Shown: positions 39,440-50,021 of the stretch, piece after piece
Layout: every line of letters starts with the position of its first letter
Position numbering within the stretch: position 1 is the stretch's first letter
Virus record (IMG/VR): IMGVR_UViG_3300029822_000865
Reading direction: 5' to 3' (one strand)
Length of the DNA stretch: 64,000 nt
From: a virus
Notes under the pieces: generated by a model
The model's input: the letters and a program-made list of their open reading frames with translations, nothing else
What the model was told of the DNA's origin: nothing
Database searches by the model: none
Made by a program: the position numbers and the translations under genes

Positions 39440-39928
39440 ATGAGTAATACATACTGGGTTCACATTAATCCAAAAAATAATAAAAATAAGAACATTACTT
39501 ACTATCCTGTTGTAGTGTACACCGAAATAGGCACACCGCCAGAATATGTATTTGTGTCAAAGAACAGAATTAAAAAGGCAAAAAATCAATATGATCTTTT
39601 ATTGGATAACTTGGAATATGCACTTAGTATGATAAAGAGAAATCCGCAGGACTTTAAAGAGTGTTACAAACTTGTCTTTGTAAGTAATAATGACGCTTTT
39701 GTTTCATGGTTTAAAAAGTCTGGTTGTCCTCTAAGGTACAACGATCAATTCAAGCGTATTATAAGTCAAATGAAAGACTTAGAAGTAGGCTCACTTGGAA
39801 TTACTTCCGACACCTCATGTTTCGCACAAAAATATGCTAACGACTGTTATGTTACCGATAACTTCTTAGAAGAAATCAATGAAGAGGAATACGTGAACGT
39901 TATTGATATATTTAAGGGGGATGAATAG
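39440..39928 (+). CDS. hypothetical protein
   Basis: 162 aa; its stop abuts the polymerase start. Confidence 0.7.
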   Translation: MSNTYWVHINPKNNKNKNITYYPVVVYTEIGTPPEYVFVSKNRIKKAKNQYDLLLDNLEYALSMIKRNPQDFKECYKLVFVSNNDAFVSWFKKSGCPLRYNDQFKRIISQMKDLEVGSLGITSDTSCFAQKYANDCYVTDNFLEEINEEEYVNVIDIFKGDE

Positions 39929-42900
39929 TTGTTAACAGGGGTTCTTACACTTAATGATAAATATAAGCTTAAATTAAAAGGTTGCGATCAAGCGGGCACA
40001 TTAAGATTAGATGGTGAACCCACAGGTAATACTGACTATTCCTTACTGTGGATACTTAATAATGAAAAAGTATTTAATAAAGCATGTAAAGAGGGAATTG
40101 ACTTTTTATTTAATGAGCTTTTCATGCACGAAAACCAACCTTGTGGATTTTTGATTAGAAAGAAAGCCAGAACCTTACAGTATGTTGGTAACAGAAAAGG
40201 AATATTCCATTTCATTGGGCTTGCGATAAAAACGGCTTGCTATGCTCAATACCAGACAGAGTATATAGTTTACAAGACAAAGACAGAGGATACTTATGAG
40301 TTTAATTTAAAGGGTATCATAAGCGAAAAGGATTTTACTTACACAGATATACAGGGTAAATTTACCTCTATAAAACAAGATATTATAAGTGGGAATTTAA
40401 GCTTTTCAAGTGGGAAAATAAAGGTTGAGATAGAGTTTTACAACATACCTGAGTATACTGAATACTTAACATCAATAAAGTATAAAACACTTCAAATAGC
40501 AAATCCGTTTAGCACGAATATTACAGCGGCAAACTTTAAAGAGAGAGTAGAAATAGGGTATGACTCTGTAAGATCGTTATTAGTTGACCTACAGTATTTA
40601 TTAGAAAAAAAGGATATGGGGTATATAAAAGACAAGAAGTATTGGAAACTTAACAAGGTTTCTGATTTTTTTGAATACCTGCAATATTTAAAAGAGACAA
40701 AGAGAGTGATAAAGGCTGACTATGAAACAACAGGCTTGAAAATAAACTCTAAATCGAGGACACGTGAAGCTGATAGGATGGTGGGTTTAGCAATATCGGT
40801 TAACAAATTAATGAAAACAGATCATCTTTTAGATTCAAAGTATAAGGATGTAAACTATTATATTCCTGTTTATCACACTGATATGGAAAACATATTTACA
40901 GAACTTACAGATTCAGAAAAGGAAAAAATACTTTCAGACATAGACGGTTTTCATTATGACACTGGCAAGAAAGATGAACTTAAACAGGCAATAGAGGATG
41001 ATGATTTAACAGAAGTAAATGATTGGATCATGATGGGGTATTTAAAGCCTATACTGGAAGAAAAGGAACTTGCAAACGCTAACGTAAGTTTTGACTGGAA
41101 AGTGGGATATATTTATGGGATAGACAGTAATTTTTGTGAAGATTCACAGTTAGCAGCACAGTTGTTAATTCACAAATATCCTGACTATGGTTTAAAAGAA
41201 CTGACATATACAATAACAGGAAGAAAAGTACTTGATTTAGAGGATTTTTCACCTGTTGGAGATTGGGGTAAAATGCCTTTTACATTTAGAGACTTACCTG
41301 AGGACTATGTGTTGGCATATGCTCCTGCTGACGTTGATAACTTAGATGAAATATTGGCTGTACTTAATAAAGAACTAGAGGAGACAAATCAAACGATAAC
41401 TTACGCTATAGAGATTGGCTTCGCAAAGTGTATAGGGTATCAAGAGTTTTGGGGGTATCACATGCCACCAAATGAAGTAGACAAGCTTGATGCAGAGCTT
41501 TTAGAAGAAAAGGACAGGCTGTTAGATATAATATACTGGGGTGCGGGAAAGACGTTTAACATGGATTCTCCTGCTCAATTACTTGAAGTATTGCAATCAA
41601 AAGGACATGAGATTACAAGCACAAAGAAAGAGGTTTTAAATCAACTATATGAAGATGATTTCATACTTGCAATTAAAGAATACAGGACAATATCACAAAT
41701 GATAAAGTTATTTATTAAGCCTCTACCTGAACAAATGGATAAATACGGGAATATATACCCGTCTACAATGAGTATGGGAGCGAGGACAGGAAGAACATCA
41801 GCATCTAAACCTAATTATCAGCAAGCTAATGACTGGGTACGCAAATATATAAAAGCAAGAGAGGGGTATTATTTAGTAGACTCAGACTTATCGCAGATAG
41901 AGTACAGGGTAACAGCAACATTATCAAAACAAGAAGCATTGTTAGAAATGTTTAAAGACTTTGAAAAAGACTATCATACTTATCAAACATCAAGAATGTT
42001 TAAAATACCTTATGAATTAGTACAAAAATCATTACGTAAACAGGCAAAAGCGATCAATTTTGGTTTACCTTTCGGAATGGGCGACAGTACACTTGGATAT
42101 AATATATTTGGTAAACGTAATAATGAGACAAAAATGAAAGCAGCAGGACTTCGTAAGGTATATTTTGAAGGACAAGAAAAAGTATTGCACTTTTTTGAAG
42201 ATACAAGAGACAGGGCTGTTCAAAACGGATACACGACAACAGCATTTAAGCGGAGACGGTATTATGACTTTATAAAATATTCAGTTAACTCTATTAGAAA
42301 GCAAGCTGGAAATGCAGTTATACAGGGGTGCTTGGATGGAGATACACGGATACAAACGAAAGAGTTGGGTATTGTTCGCATAAAAGATGTGGTAAATAAG
42401 CATATGCTTATCTGGACTGGGAACATTTGGTCTTACGGTGATATACTTTATTCCGGTAAAAAACGAAAATGTGTGGTTACATTTAATACCGGACAAAAAT
42501 TTATCTGTAGTCCGTCACACAAATTTCTTGTTAGAAGTCACAGGGGGGATGAAAGGTTCATTGAGTGTAGGAATTTACTCACTAAGGAGCATTCTACCAA
42601 TCCACATAGAGTTGTTGTAAATAATGCATATGAGCCATCGGATTTTATTTATTCGAGTGCAAGGGCACGTGATGACCATTTTTCGTATGCAAATAACAGT
42701 AATAATGTTTTTGTAGATTCGATGTTAGATAGCTTTGAAGCTGGTAGGGTTCTAGGTAGATTAGCGTCTGACGGTAGTATTGTAAATTGTGAGGATGGTG
42801 GATGTTGCGTAACACAGTTTATAGCAGAGCATGAGTTGGGTGTGGGCGAAACGTTGTTGGACTGCATGAAACCGCTTACGGATATTACCGTTAGTGATCT

Positions 42901-44362
42901 GGACATAAAACGGGGTATACATGGCAAGATATTTATGGACACAGAGTTGCTTAGAGGATTTCTTAGGGGGTTATTCGACGGGGATGGCGGAATTAGCGGG
43001 AAAACGATAACATTGACATTTGGAAATAATTTAGATTTTGAAATTATGTGTAGAGACGTGCAGAAAGCATTGTTGTTTTTTGGTGTACGTAGCAGGTATT
43101 ACAGGTATCCTGATAGGAGTAAGATTGTAATAGGTGCATATGATACTCAAAAATTTTTAGATGTTATTGGTTTTGTTAACGCTACTAAAAATCAAAGGGG
43201 CAGGGAGTTAAAGTGTGTTAAGGATGAACATATATTTGGAAGAGTACTCATTCCTGAAACTGTAGAAATTACAGACGAGTATATAGATATGTATGATGTG
43301 TGTAACACAGATGATGGGTATTATGTAGCAGATGGTATAGTGACTCACAATACAGCAGCAGACATATTCAAGCTTAATTGTATCAGAATGATGTACCATA
43401 TTAAAAAGTATGACCTGTGGGATAAAGTAAAAATGCTAGCGTTCGTACACGACGAGATACTCTTAGAAGTAAGAAACGACATAAATCCTTACTTTATTCA
43501 ATGGTTAGTAAGAGAATGTATGGAATACGACTATAAGGGATTTTGTCCTGTATTTTGCGGTGTTGGGTTTGGACATTCATGGTATGAAGCTAAGAGTGAT
43601 TTATCTGAGCTTAATACACAAGCAGGACATCAACTGTACAGCAAAGCAGACTCTATCTATTGGGAAGAAAGTGAGCATTATACCTCGGGGGATGTAGTTG
43701 AACTAATGGGCAGGGAAATAAAAGCATATAAGATAAGGTACTTAACAGATTACATGATGAATCCAGATAATATGGATAAGGTAATCAGACCTTATGCTTA
43801 TGCAATGTTACAAGATACAAACAAAGGGTATTATGTCGGCGATCTACTCATAGATGGCGCAAATGTTGACAAGTCATCGTTACAATTGAAATCTGCACTA
43901 ACGTTAAACGAGCCTACAAAAGATGGCTTAGAGGGTTTACTGGAGAGTTTTATAACAGTGTATATGTCTGACATTGAGCCTACATCAATAAAAATCATTG
44001 ATCCAGAATCAATTAAAGAGGAAGTTAAGGAAGAAGCGATTAAGGATAAAGAAATTATGCTTTTAGAGGATATACACATTGGTGGAATCACGGGTGACGA
44101 TTATTTATTGACAATGGGGTATTATGCAGATAGTGAACAGCTTATACTAAATTTAGCAGGATTAGACATAGGAAAGATTGAAGCAATCAAGCGATTCATC
44201 ATAAAACATAGAGACGAGGACGAGGATTACCTTGTTAAATTAGTTTACATGACACAGGACAAGTATAAGGAAATAAAAGAATTTGCGATTGGGTATCAGT
44301 ACAGTCGAAAATTAATGGATTATGTATTAAAGAACAGGACATTAGAGAGTATTATGGCTTGA
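39929..44362 (+). CDS. polA: family A DNA polymerase with 3'-5' exonuclease, intein-containing
   Basis: Exonuclease 'ADYETTGL', 'NVSFD', 'YAPAD'. Polymerase 'RTGRTSASKPNYQQ', 'DLSQIEYR', 'RKQAKAINFG..FG', 'NAVIQG|TAAD', 'VHDEI'. Confidence 0.95.
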   Translation: MLTGVLTLNDKYKLKLKGCDQAGTLRLDGEPTGNTDYSLLWILNNEKVFNKACKEGIDFLFNELFMHENQPCGFLIRKKARTLQYVGNRKGIFHFIGLAIKTACYAQYQTEYIVYKTKTEDTYEFNLKGIISEKDFTYTDIQGKFTSIKQDIISGNLSFSSGKIKVEIEFYNIPEYTEYLTSIKYKTLQIANPFSTNITAANFKERVEIGYDSVRSLLVDLQYLLEKKDMGYIKDKKYWKLNKVSDFFEYLQYLKETKRVIKADYETTGLKINSKSRTREADRMVGLAISVNKLMKTDHLLDSKYKDVNYYIPVYHTDMENIFTELTDSEKEKILSDIDGFHYDTGKKDELKQAIEDDDLTEVNDWIMMGYLKPILEEKELANANVSFDWKVGYIYGIDSNFCEDSQLAAQLLIHKYPDYGLKELTYTITGRKVLDLEDFSPVGDWGKMPFTFRDLPEDYVLAYAPADVDNLDEILAVLNKELEETNQTITYAIEIGFAKCIGYQEFWGYHMPPNEVDKLDAELLEEKDRLLDIIYWGAGKTFNMDSPAQLLEVLQSKGHEITSTKKEVLNQLYEDDFILAIKEYRTISQMIKLFIKPLPEQMDKYGNIYPSTMSMGARTGRTSASKPNYQQANDWVRKYIKAREGYYLVDSDLSQIEYRVTATLSKQEALLEMFKDFEKDYHTYQTSRMFKIPYELVQKSLRKQAKAINFGLPFGMGDSTLGYNIFGKRNNETKMKAAGLRKVYFEGQEKVLHFFEDTRDRAVQNGYTTTAFKRRRYYDFIKYSVNSIRKQAGNAVIQGCLDGDTRIQTKELGIVRIKDVVNKHMLIWTGNIWSYGDILYSGKKRKCVVTFNTGQKFICSPSHKFLVRSHRGDERFIECRNLLTKEHSTNPHRVVVNNAYEPSDFIYSSARARDDHFSYANNSNNVFVDSMLDSFEAGRVLGRLASDGSIVNCEDGGCCVTQFIAEHELGVGETLLDCMKPLTDITVSDLDIKRGIHGKIFMDTELLRGFLRGLFDGDGGISGKTITLTFGNNLDFEIMCRDVQKALLFFGVRSRYYRYPDRSKIVIGAYDTQKFLDVIGFVNATKNQRGRELKCVKDEHIFGRVLIPETVEITDEYIDMYDVCNTDDGYYVADGIVTHNTAADIFKLNCIRMMYHIKKYDLWDKVKMLAFVHDEILLEVRNDINPYFIQWLVRECMEYDYKGFCPVFCGVGFGHSWYEAKSDLSELNTQAGHQLYSKADSIYWEESEHYTSGDVVELMGREIKAYKIRYLTDYMMNPDNMDKVIRPYAYAMLQDTNKGYYVGDLLIDGANVDKSSLQLKSALTLNEPTKDGLEGLLESFITVYMSDIEPTSIKIIDPESIKEEVKEEAIKDKEIMLLEDIHIGGITGDDYLLTMGYYADSEQLILNLAGLDIGKIEAIKRFIIKHRDEDEDYLVKLVYMTQDKYKEIKEFAIGYQYSRKLMDYVLKNRTLESIMA
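42329..43351 (+). mobile_element. intein (341 aa) with LAGLIDADG homing endonuclease
   Basis: Starts 'CLDGDT', ends 'GIVTHN' followed by Thr. Has 'CSPSHKF', 'VLGRLASDG' and 'FLRGLFDGDG'. Removing it restores NAVIQG-TAAD. Confidence 0.95.
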
Positions 44363-44377
44363 CAAAATATTTAAGTG

Positions 44378-44412
44378 TAGGCTCACACATAAAGGGTTAG
44401 GGTGTGAGCCTA
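44378..44412 (+). terminator. terminator-like hairpin after polA
   Basis: TAGGCTCACAC...GTGTGAGCCTA (11 bp); poor T tract. Confidence 0.55.
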
Positions 44413-44462
44413 TTACATATTTTAGGACTCTATTTTAAAGTAGATAAAGGAGTTGAAAATTC

Positions 44463-46421
44463 ATGTGGGCAAACATATTAAAGCGGGTTCGTACAGAATC
44501 TGGAGCAGTTTTAGGGTATCAAGTACGTGTTAATAAAACGGCAAGAGAGTATAAGGTAATGTATTTACCTGTTAAAAAGTGCATAGAATTGACAAAAAAC
44601 AAGACTATACTTAATGCGATAGTTGTTGTACAAGAAAATGGAAAGGAGCATTTAAGAGCTAAACTTGGTACATTTCCAGAGGGTATCGTAAAAGTAAAAG
44701 CTAAGACAGTATCCTATGCAAATAAACAGAATAAACCAAAAGAAGCTAATTTTGTTATAGAGCCTACGCATGATAAACCTATTGAACAGACTACAGAAGA
44801 AGTTAAGGAAGAATCTAATCAAACACAGGCAATTAACTTTGAGGAAATATATACTGAAAAGGTTGGTGGAAGTATTACTAATAGCTCATTTGAGCGTTCA
44901 AGTAAGATAAAAGATAAGCATAGCGACTTAACAGTTGAACAGAAGCTTGTGAAGTCAATGATCACGTTGCGTAAACTAAGACCTTTTTACGGTATATTAT
45001 ATCAAGGGCTAAAACGTGTTGAAAAAGACGTGCCTACAATGGCGGTTAGTATTGATACTTTATTTATAAATCCTGAATTTGTTGCAGAGTTGACTTTTTC
45101 AGAATTGCTGTTTGTTAATATGCATGAATTACTTCACATATCGCTGATGCACAATGAAAGAGTAAAAGGTAAAAATCTTAGAGTATATAATCTTGCTTGT
45201 GATTTAATAATTAACAAAATGCTTGTTGAGGAATTTAATTTAGACCGAAAAAATGTAACAAGAGTAACAGGATTAGGGGGCAGGACAGTAGATGTACAAA
45301 TACCAAAAGGTTTATTACTAGTTGAATCAATAGACACTTCTGTTGAAAATGCAGAAACATTGTATGAAAAGTTAATGAAAGAGCTTAAAAAGCAACAACA
45401 AAATGGTGGTGGGAATTCAGTAAAATTACCTAACGGAGAAAGCGTTGACAGTAATGACCAACAAGGTGGTTTAGGGAATGACTTACAACCGGATATGCAA
45501 GAGAACGAAGAGGATAATGGAAGTGGACAGAGCGAAGGACAAGATGGAACAGATGACGAAAACAGTAACAGTGATGGAAACGGCGAAGAACAAAATGGAA
45601 TAGCTGACGAAAACGGTAACAGTGATGAAAGCGGTATTGGGAATAATGAAAATGATTGTAACCAAAGTGGAGAAGATAAACACGATAAGGATCAAAACAC
45701 TAACAAATCCTCAAAATCAAATAAGGGTTCAAAATTTGATCCTAAGACTAAATTAAAAGATAAGGAACGTGTTAAAAAAATAAAAGACAAGATAAGAGGT
45801 TGCTTAACAAATGCTAAATTAGCTGGAAGTCAAGCTGGAAATATTGAGCGACTAATAGAAGATTCAATAGCACCTGTCGTTGACTGGAAGAAGCTTGTTA
45901 AAAGGTATCTAACAGCTACGGCAGAAAGATATTTAAGTCTTACAAGCCCTGATAAGAGATATATACACAGTGGATTAATGTTACCTGGAGAAGCAAAGAT
46001 CGAACCTAGTATGCTAGAAAGGGTAAAAGTTTGCATTGACACGTCTGGTTCGATAGCAGATACTGATTTAGGGGTATTTTACAAGCAACTAAACCAGTTA
46101 TTGAAATTGTACAAGATGGATGCGGAAGTTATTTATTGGGATACAAAAGTTGCACAGACAGGAATGTTTAGCGACATCAAGGAGTTCGCTAAGATCAAAG
46201 CCGCTGGGGGTGGGGGCACTGATGTAAATTGTGTATTCGAGTATTTCGACAGTAAGGAATGTAAAATCAAACCTTATGTAATAATCATATTCACAGATGG
46301 GTACTTTTACACTGACATAAAGAAATGGCGTTACAGTAAGAATGTAATTTGGGTAATTCAAGGAAATGAGAGAGCGTTTAAACCCCCTTTTGGTAAGGTA
46401 GCAAAATTTATTAGGCAGTAA
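44463..46421 (+). CDS. DUF2201-like HExxH domain plus VWA-like protein
   Basis: 'PTMAV....LFINPEF', 'HELLH', 'YNLACD..IN', acidic linker, 'VDWK', MIDAS 'IDTSGSI', 'GGGGTD', 'IFTDGY'. Confidence 0.85.
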   Translation: MWANILKRVRTESGAVLGYQVRVNKTAREYKVMYLPVKKCIELTKNKTILNAIVVVQENGKEHLRAKLGTFPEGIVKVKAKTVSYANKQNKPKEANFVIEPTHDKPIEQTTEEVKEESNQTQAINFEEIYTEKVGGSITNSSFERSSKIKDKHSDLTVEQKLVKSMITLRKLRPFYGILYQGLKRVEKDVPTMAVSIDTLFINPEFVAELTFSELLFVNMHELLHISLMHNERVKGKNLRVYNLACDLIINKMLVEEFNLDRKNVTRVTGLGGRTVDVQIPKGLLLVESIDTSVENAETLYEKLMKELKKQQQNGGGNSVKLPNGESVDSNDQQGGLGNDLQPDMQENEEDNGSGQSEGQDGTDDENSNSDGNGEEQNGIADENGNSDESGIGNNENDCNQSGEDKHDKDQNTNKSSKSNKGSKFDPKTKLKDKERVKKIKDKIRGCLTNAKLAGSQAGNIERLIEDSIAPVVDWKKLVKRYLTATAERYLSLTSPDKRYIHSGLMLPGEAKIEPSMLERVKVCIDTSGSIADTDLGVFYKQLNQLLKLYKMDAEVIYWDTKVAQTGMFSDIKEFAKIKAAGGGGTDVNCVFEYFDSKECKIKPYVIIIFTDGYFYTDIKKWRYSKNVIWVIQGNERAFKPPFGKVAKFIRQ

Positions 46422-46493
46422 CAGAGGATAAACGTTTAACAAAAATGTTAATAGACATGAGTTTAAATTTTTAAACGAGAAAGGAAGATTGTT

Positions 46494-47630
46494 ATGGCAC
46501 ATGCAAATGTATTAGGGTTAACAATTTCACAATTTGTGGATATGGTCGGGTTAGAGTTAAAATTACCTATAAAGAAAAGACGTACAATATTTGGTATAGG
46601 TCAATTTGGTATAGGTAAGACTGTAGCATTAGCAAATTTAGCAAAAGAGCTGGGTATTGGGTTTATAGACTTACGTTTATCTAACTACACTGAGACAGAC
46701 CTTAAAGGTATACCTACACCAGATAAAGATGGAGTTACTGCAAATTGGCTAACAACTGGAACACTGCCGAATGAACAAAAACATGGTAAAGAGGGAATTT
46801 TGTTACTGGATGAAATCACAGGCGCATCGAGAGCAACAAGACTTGCTGTTTATCAGTTAATTGAAAAGGGGCAGTTAGAGAACTACACATTACCTGAGGG
46901 ATGGTATATAGTTGCTTGTGGTAATCATGAAGAAGACATGGTTGAGGTATATAACGCATTGAGTATGCCTTTGAAAAATAGAGGATTTTGCTATAACCTT
47001 GTATCTGATGTAAACAGTTTTAAAAACTGGGGGAGACTAAACGGCGTACACCCAATGGTATTGGCTTACGTATCATGGTCACCGGATAGTTTGCATGACA
47101 TTCCAGAAGATGTAGAAGACGTTGCAAGATCGCCTAGAGCTTGGGAAACAATATCAGATACACTGCTTTTAAGTGAAAACGGAACAGTATCTAAAGATTT
47201 GATGTACAATAGAATTGCAGGAGCAATTGGGGTTGAAGAAACGAATAGATTTTTTGCGTTTTGCAACTTTAAAGATTCTATCCCTAACATAGATGATTTG
47301 CTGGCAGGTAAGATAAACCCTGAGATAAAACAATCGGAGATAATGCACTTAACTATACAATCAGGAATTAATAGACTTGTGTCTGATGCTGAAAAAGAAT
47401 TTGTCGGTGATGTGCTTAGACCATCTGAGCCATTGATTACAAAGTTTGCTCATTTCTGTAATTGGTTATTGAACATCAGAGAATTAGAAACAAAATCAAT
47501 GGGTATCAATGACCTGAAAAGCTGTATGAAAATAAGTGTTATTACCTCGATAATGATGAATGTTAAGTTTAACGCACTTTGTCCTACATGGGCTAAATTT
47601 GCACAAGACAATGTAAGCCTTTTTGTGTAA
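46494..47630 (+). CDS. MoxR-type AAA+ ATPase
   Basis: 'GQFGIGKT', 'DLRLS...TDLKGIP', 'LLLDEI', 'LPEGW.IVACGN', 'LKNR', 'SPRAWE'. Confidence 0.85.
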   Translation: MAHANVLGLTISQFVDMVGLELKLPIKKRRTIFGIGQFGIGKTVALANLAKELGIGFIDLRLSNYTETDLKGIPTPDKDGVTANWLTTGTLPNEQKHGKEGILLLDEITGASRATRLAVYQLIEKGQLENYTLPEGWYIVACGNHEEDMVEVYNALSMPLKNRGFCYNLVSDVNSFKNWGRLNGVHPMVLAYVSWSPDSLHDIPEDVEDVARSPRAWETISDTLLLSENGTVSKDLMYNRIAGAIGVEETNRFFAFCNFKDSIPNIDDLLAGKINPEIKQSEIMHLTIQSGINRLVSDAEKEFVGDVLRPSEPLITKFAHFCNWLLNIRELETKSMGINDLKSCMKISVITSIMMNVKFNALCPTWAKFAQDNVSLFV

Positions 47631-47644
47631 TAGGGGGTGCTGAA

Positions 47645-48178
47645 ATGTTAAACAGGTTAAAAATCCTGTTCGACGAAGTAACGCAAATTGCGGATAAGTG
47701 CTTCATAGTAAGATATGGTAATTACTATGGGGTATTTGATATCACAGGTGCTGAGATTTTACCTATAGGCTATAAACAAATAGAATATGATCATTCAGAT
47801 GACTTATTTATCATCAAAGAGTATGCAGAACAGTATAAGGACAAATGCTACCTTTGGAATATTACTGAGGGAAAAGTTTCAGAAGACTATGTTGATATTG
47901 TTCCCACAGGGTGCAATTCTTATGTAGTTGAGAAACATATAACTGAACATGGAAAGTACTTTCAAGGTATAGTAGCACGTTTCAAGGTAATTACTAGACA
48001 TTGTGAATTATCGCCTTTTATGTATAACAGCATAGTACCTTATAGGCAACAAACAGGTAAAGTAGTATATGCTTGTGTCACAATAAAAAACGGGTATGTA
48101 CTATTAGACGATATAGGGGATCAAATAGGTGTGTTTTCATCACTTTCAGAGTTAAATGATTTCGCAGAAAATTATTAA
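47645..48178 (+). CDS. WG-repeat-like protein
   Basis: 'YYGVFDITGAEILPIGYKQI'. Confidence 0.65.
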   Translation: MLNRLKILFDEVTQIADKCFIVRYGNYYGVFDITGAEILPIGYKQIEYDHSDDLFIIKEYAEQYKDKCYLWNITEGKVSEDYVDIVPTGCNSYVVEKHITEHGKYFQGIVARFKVITRHCELSPFMYNSIVPYRQQTGKVVYACVTIKNGYVLLDDIGDQIGVFSSLSELNDFAENY

Positions 48179-48209
48179 ATTGATTAAACATTTTTAAGGA
48201 GGGATTAAC

Positions 48210-49157
48210 ATGGCAGTTATAATTGATAGACAGGCATATGATGGGAAATACTACTACAGGTTAAGTCAACAGGGTAAAAGCATATCAACACTGGATGAAC
48301 AAGCGTTGATAAAAGTAATACAAGAGGGTAATTTAGTTAAAAATGCAGTAGTTGAGAACGGGCAACTTAAAGGAAGTAATGGAAGTTTAGACAGGTTCGA
48401 TTACTTCCGCAAAACTAAAGGAACTACACCTTTTGTAATTCTTGCTGAATACGTTGATGAAAGTGACAACACTGTCGGCTTTAAGATGGTAAACAATCAA
48501 GGGGTAACAAAGAGCTTTAATAAAAATGTTGCCTTAAAAGCAGCTATAAGTTGCGGATTACAAAATGGAAAGGTAGTTACAAACACCGCTGGTTCAAATC
48601 AGAATACGGTAGAGGGTAAATATTTTATAAGTGCAATAAACGGCACATACGATAAAATAAAGGTGAGAACACAGAAACCTGTACAAGTAAAGCTGGACAA
48701 AGAATACAAAAAAGAGGATAAAGAGAGTAAATTCACAAAAGGGCAGCTTTATTGGATTAACAGGGGTAAGGCAGAGAATTTAAACTATACGTGCTATACC
48801 TACACAGCATTTTCAGCAGAGCAAATGGAGCAGATTTATTTAGGACTTAAATCTGGTATAAATGTACGGTACTATTTACACCCTGACTTTAAAGTTGAAT
48901 GTATGGAAATGATAAGGTTAGAGAGTGAAAATAAGTTTAATGTTAGACCTTACGCTAATCCAGCATACAACAAAGCTCAAATGTTACAAATAAAACTAGG
49001 GTATGAAGCAGGGGTAAACTACTCGGTCTATGCAAACGCTGACATTCCAGCAAAGACTATGGAGACATACAGAATAAGGTTAGAGAGTGAAATGTGGGAC
49101 AAAGAAATAGGGGAATCGGGCGGTTTAATGCGTAAAGTGAACATTATACAAATGTAG
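48210..49157 (+). CDS. protein with ~26-aa C-terminal tandem repeats
   Basis: 'FSAEQMEQIYLGLKSGINVRYY', 'YNKAQMLQIKLGYEAGVNYSVY' and similar units. Confidence 0.75.
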   Translation: MAVIIDRQAYDGKYYYRLSQQGKSISTLDEQALIKVIQEGNLVKNAVVENGQLKGSNGSLDRFDYFRKTKGTTPFVILAEYVDESDNTVGFKMVNNQGVTKSFNKNVALKAAISCGLQNGKVVTNTAGSNQNTVEGKYFISAINGTYDKIKVRTQKPVQVKLDKEYKKEDKESKFTKGQLYWINRGKAENLNYTCYTYTAFSAEQMEQIYLGLKSGINVRYYLHPDFKVECMEMIRLESENKFNVRPYANPAYNKAQMLQIKLGYEAGVNYSVYANADIPAKTMETYRIRLESEMWDKEIGESGGLMRKVNIIQM

Positions 49158-49184
49158 GAAAAAATCACTTCCTAATCAATACAT

Positions 49185-49219
49185 AGCGGCTTAATGTGTA
49201 GTACATAAGCCGCTTTTTT
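49185..49219 (+). terminator. Rho-independent terminator
   Basis: AGCGGCTT...AAGCCGCT-TTTTT. Confidence 0.8.
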
Positions 49220-49241
49220 AAAATTTAAAGTAGGTGAGGGT

Positions 49242-49760
49242 ATGGATGTTATATTGAAAGACGGAAAATTAGTAAGCATTGACTCAGAAGAATTTAAAAC
49301 ACTTATAAATCAACTATCGGTAATTTACAGTACATCTGTGCAAGTTGTTAGGGTTGTAGGAAAATTAATAATATTCAGAGTAAAAAACGGAGAAAAGCTT
49401 GTTTACAATACTGAAATAGGGGTAATGGGCATATACAATGCAGTGATGGCGTTTAGTGGTGGATTTGCACCTGTATTAAGCAAAGAAACAAGGTTATTCG
49501 GGTATATTAATACTGAGGGTGAACTTGTTATACCCTGTGAATACGGTAAAGCATATGCGTTTAGTTGCAATAGGGCGGTGGTACAGAACAAGGAAAAGAC
49601 AGTTACGGGAGTTATAAATGAACACGGCGAGACAGTAGTGCCTTTTATATATGGCAGCATCACACTGTTTAAAAATAATATTGCTGAGGCAACACCTTTA
49701 TTCGGAATGGGTAAAAAAGTTGTATTTGACATAAACTACAATATAATAGAGGGATGCTGA
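49242..49760 (+). CDS. WG-repeat protein
   Basis: 'FSGGFAPV...FGYINTEGELVIPCEY..AYAFS..RAVV...GVINEHGETVVPFIY'. Confidence 0.85.
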   Translation: MDVILKDGKLVSIDSEEFKTLINQLSVIYSTSVQVVRVVGKLIIFRVKNGEKLVYNTEIGVMGIYNAVMAFSGGFAPVLSKETRLFGYINTEGELVIPCEYGKAYAFSCNRAVVQNKEKTVTGVINEHGETVVPFIYGSITLFKNNIAEATPLFGMGKKVVFDINYNIIEGC

Positions 49761-50021
49761 TTATAACATAGTATTACTTCAAAAGATTGGTCGTATGATG
49801 TATAAACATAAATTCACGAACCTGTACAAAAGGTAGGTTTGCATACTGTGAGATACATGATGAATTCTCTGAATACGCTTTATTTCACAATAAAGACGGT
49901 AGAACAGGGGAAATTTTCTGTTTAGGTAGGGGAGAAGTTAGTCACATAAAGACATGGGATTTATATGCGCAAGATCAAACATGGGAAGATTATGTTATAG
50001 ATAATAAACGGGGGGGGTAAA

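Noticed and set aside
45554-45634. 30-bp imperfect direct repeat in the VWA gene
   Set aside because: It lies in an acidic low-complexity linker, an ordinary local duplication.
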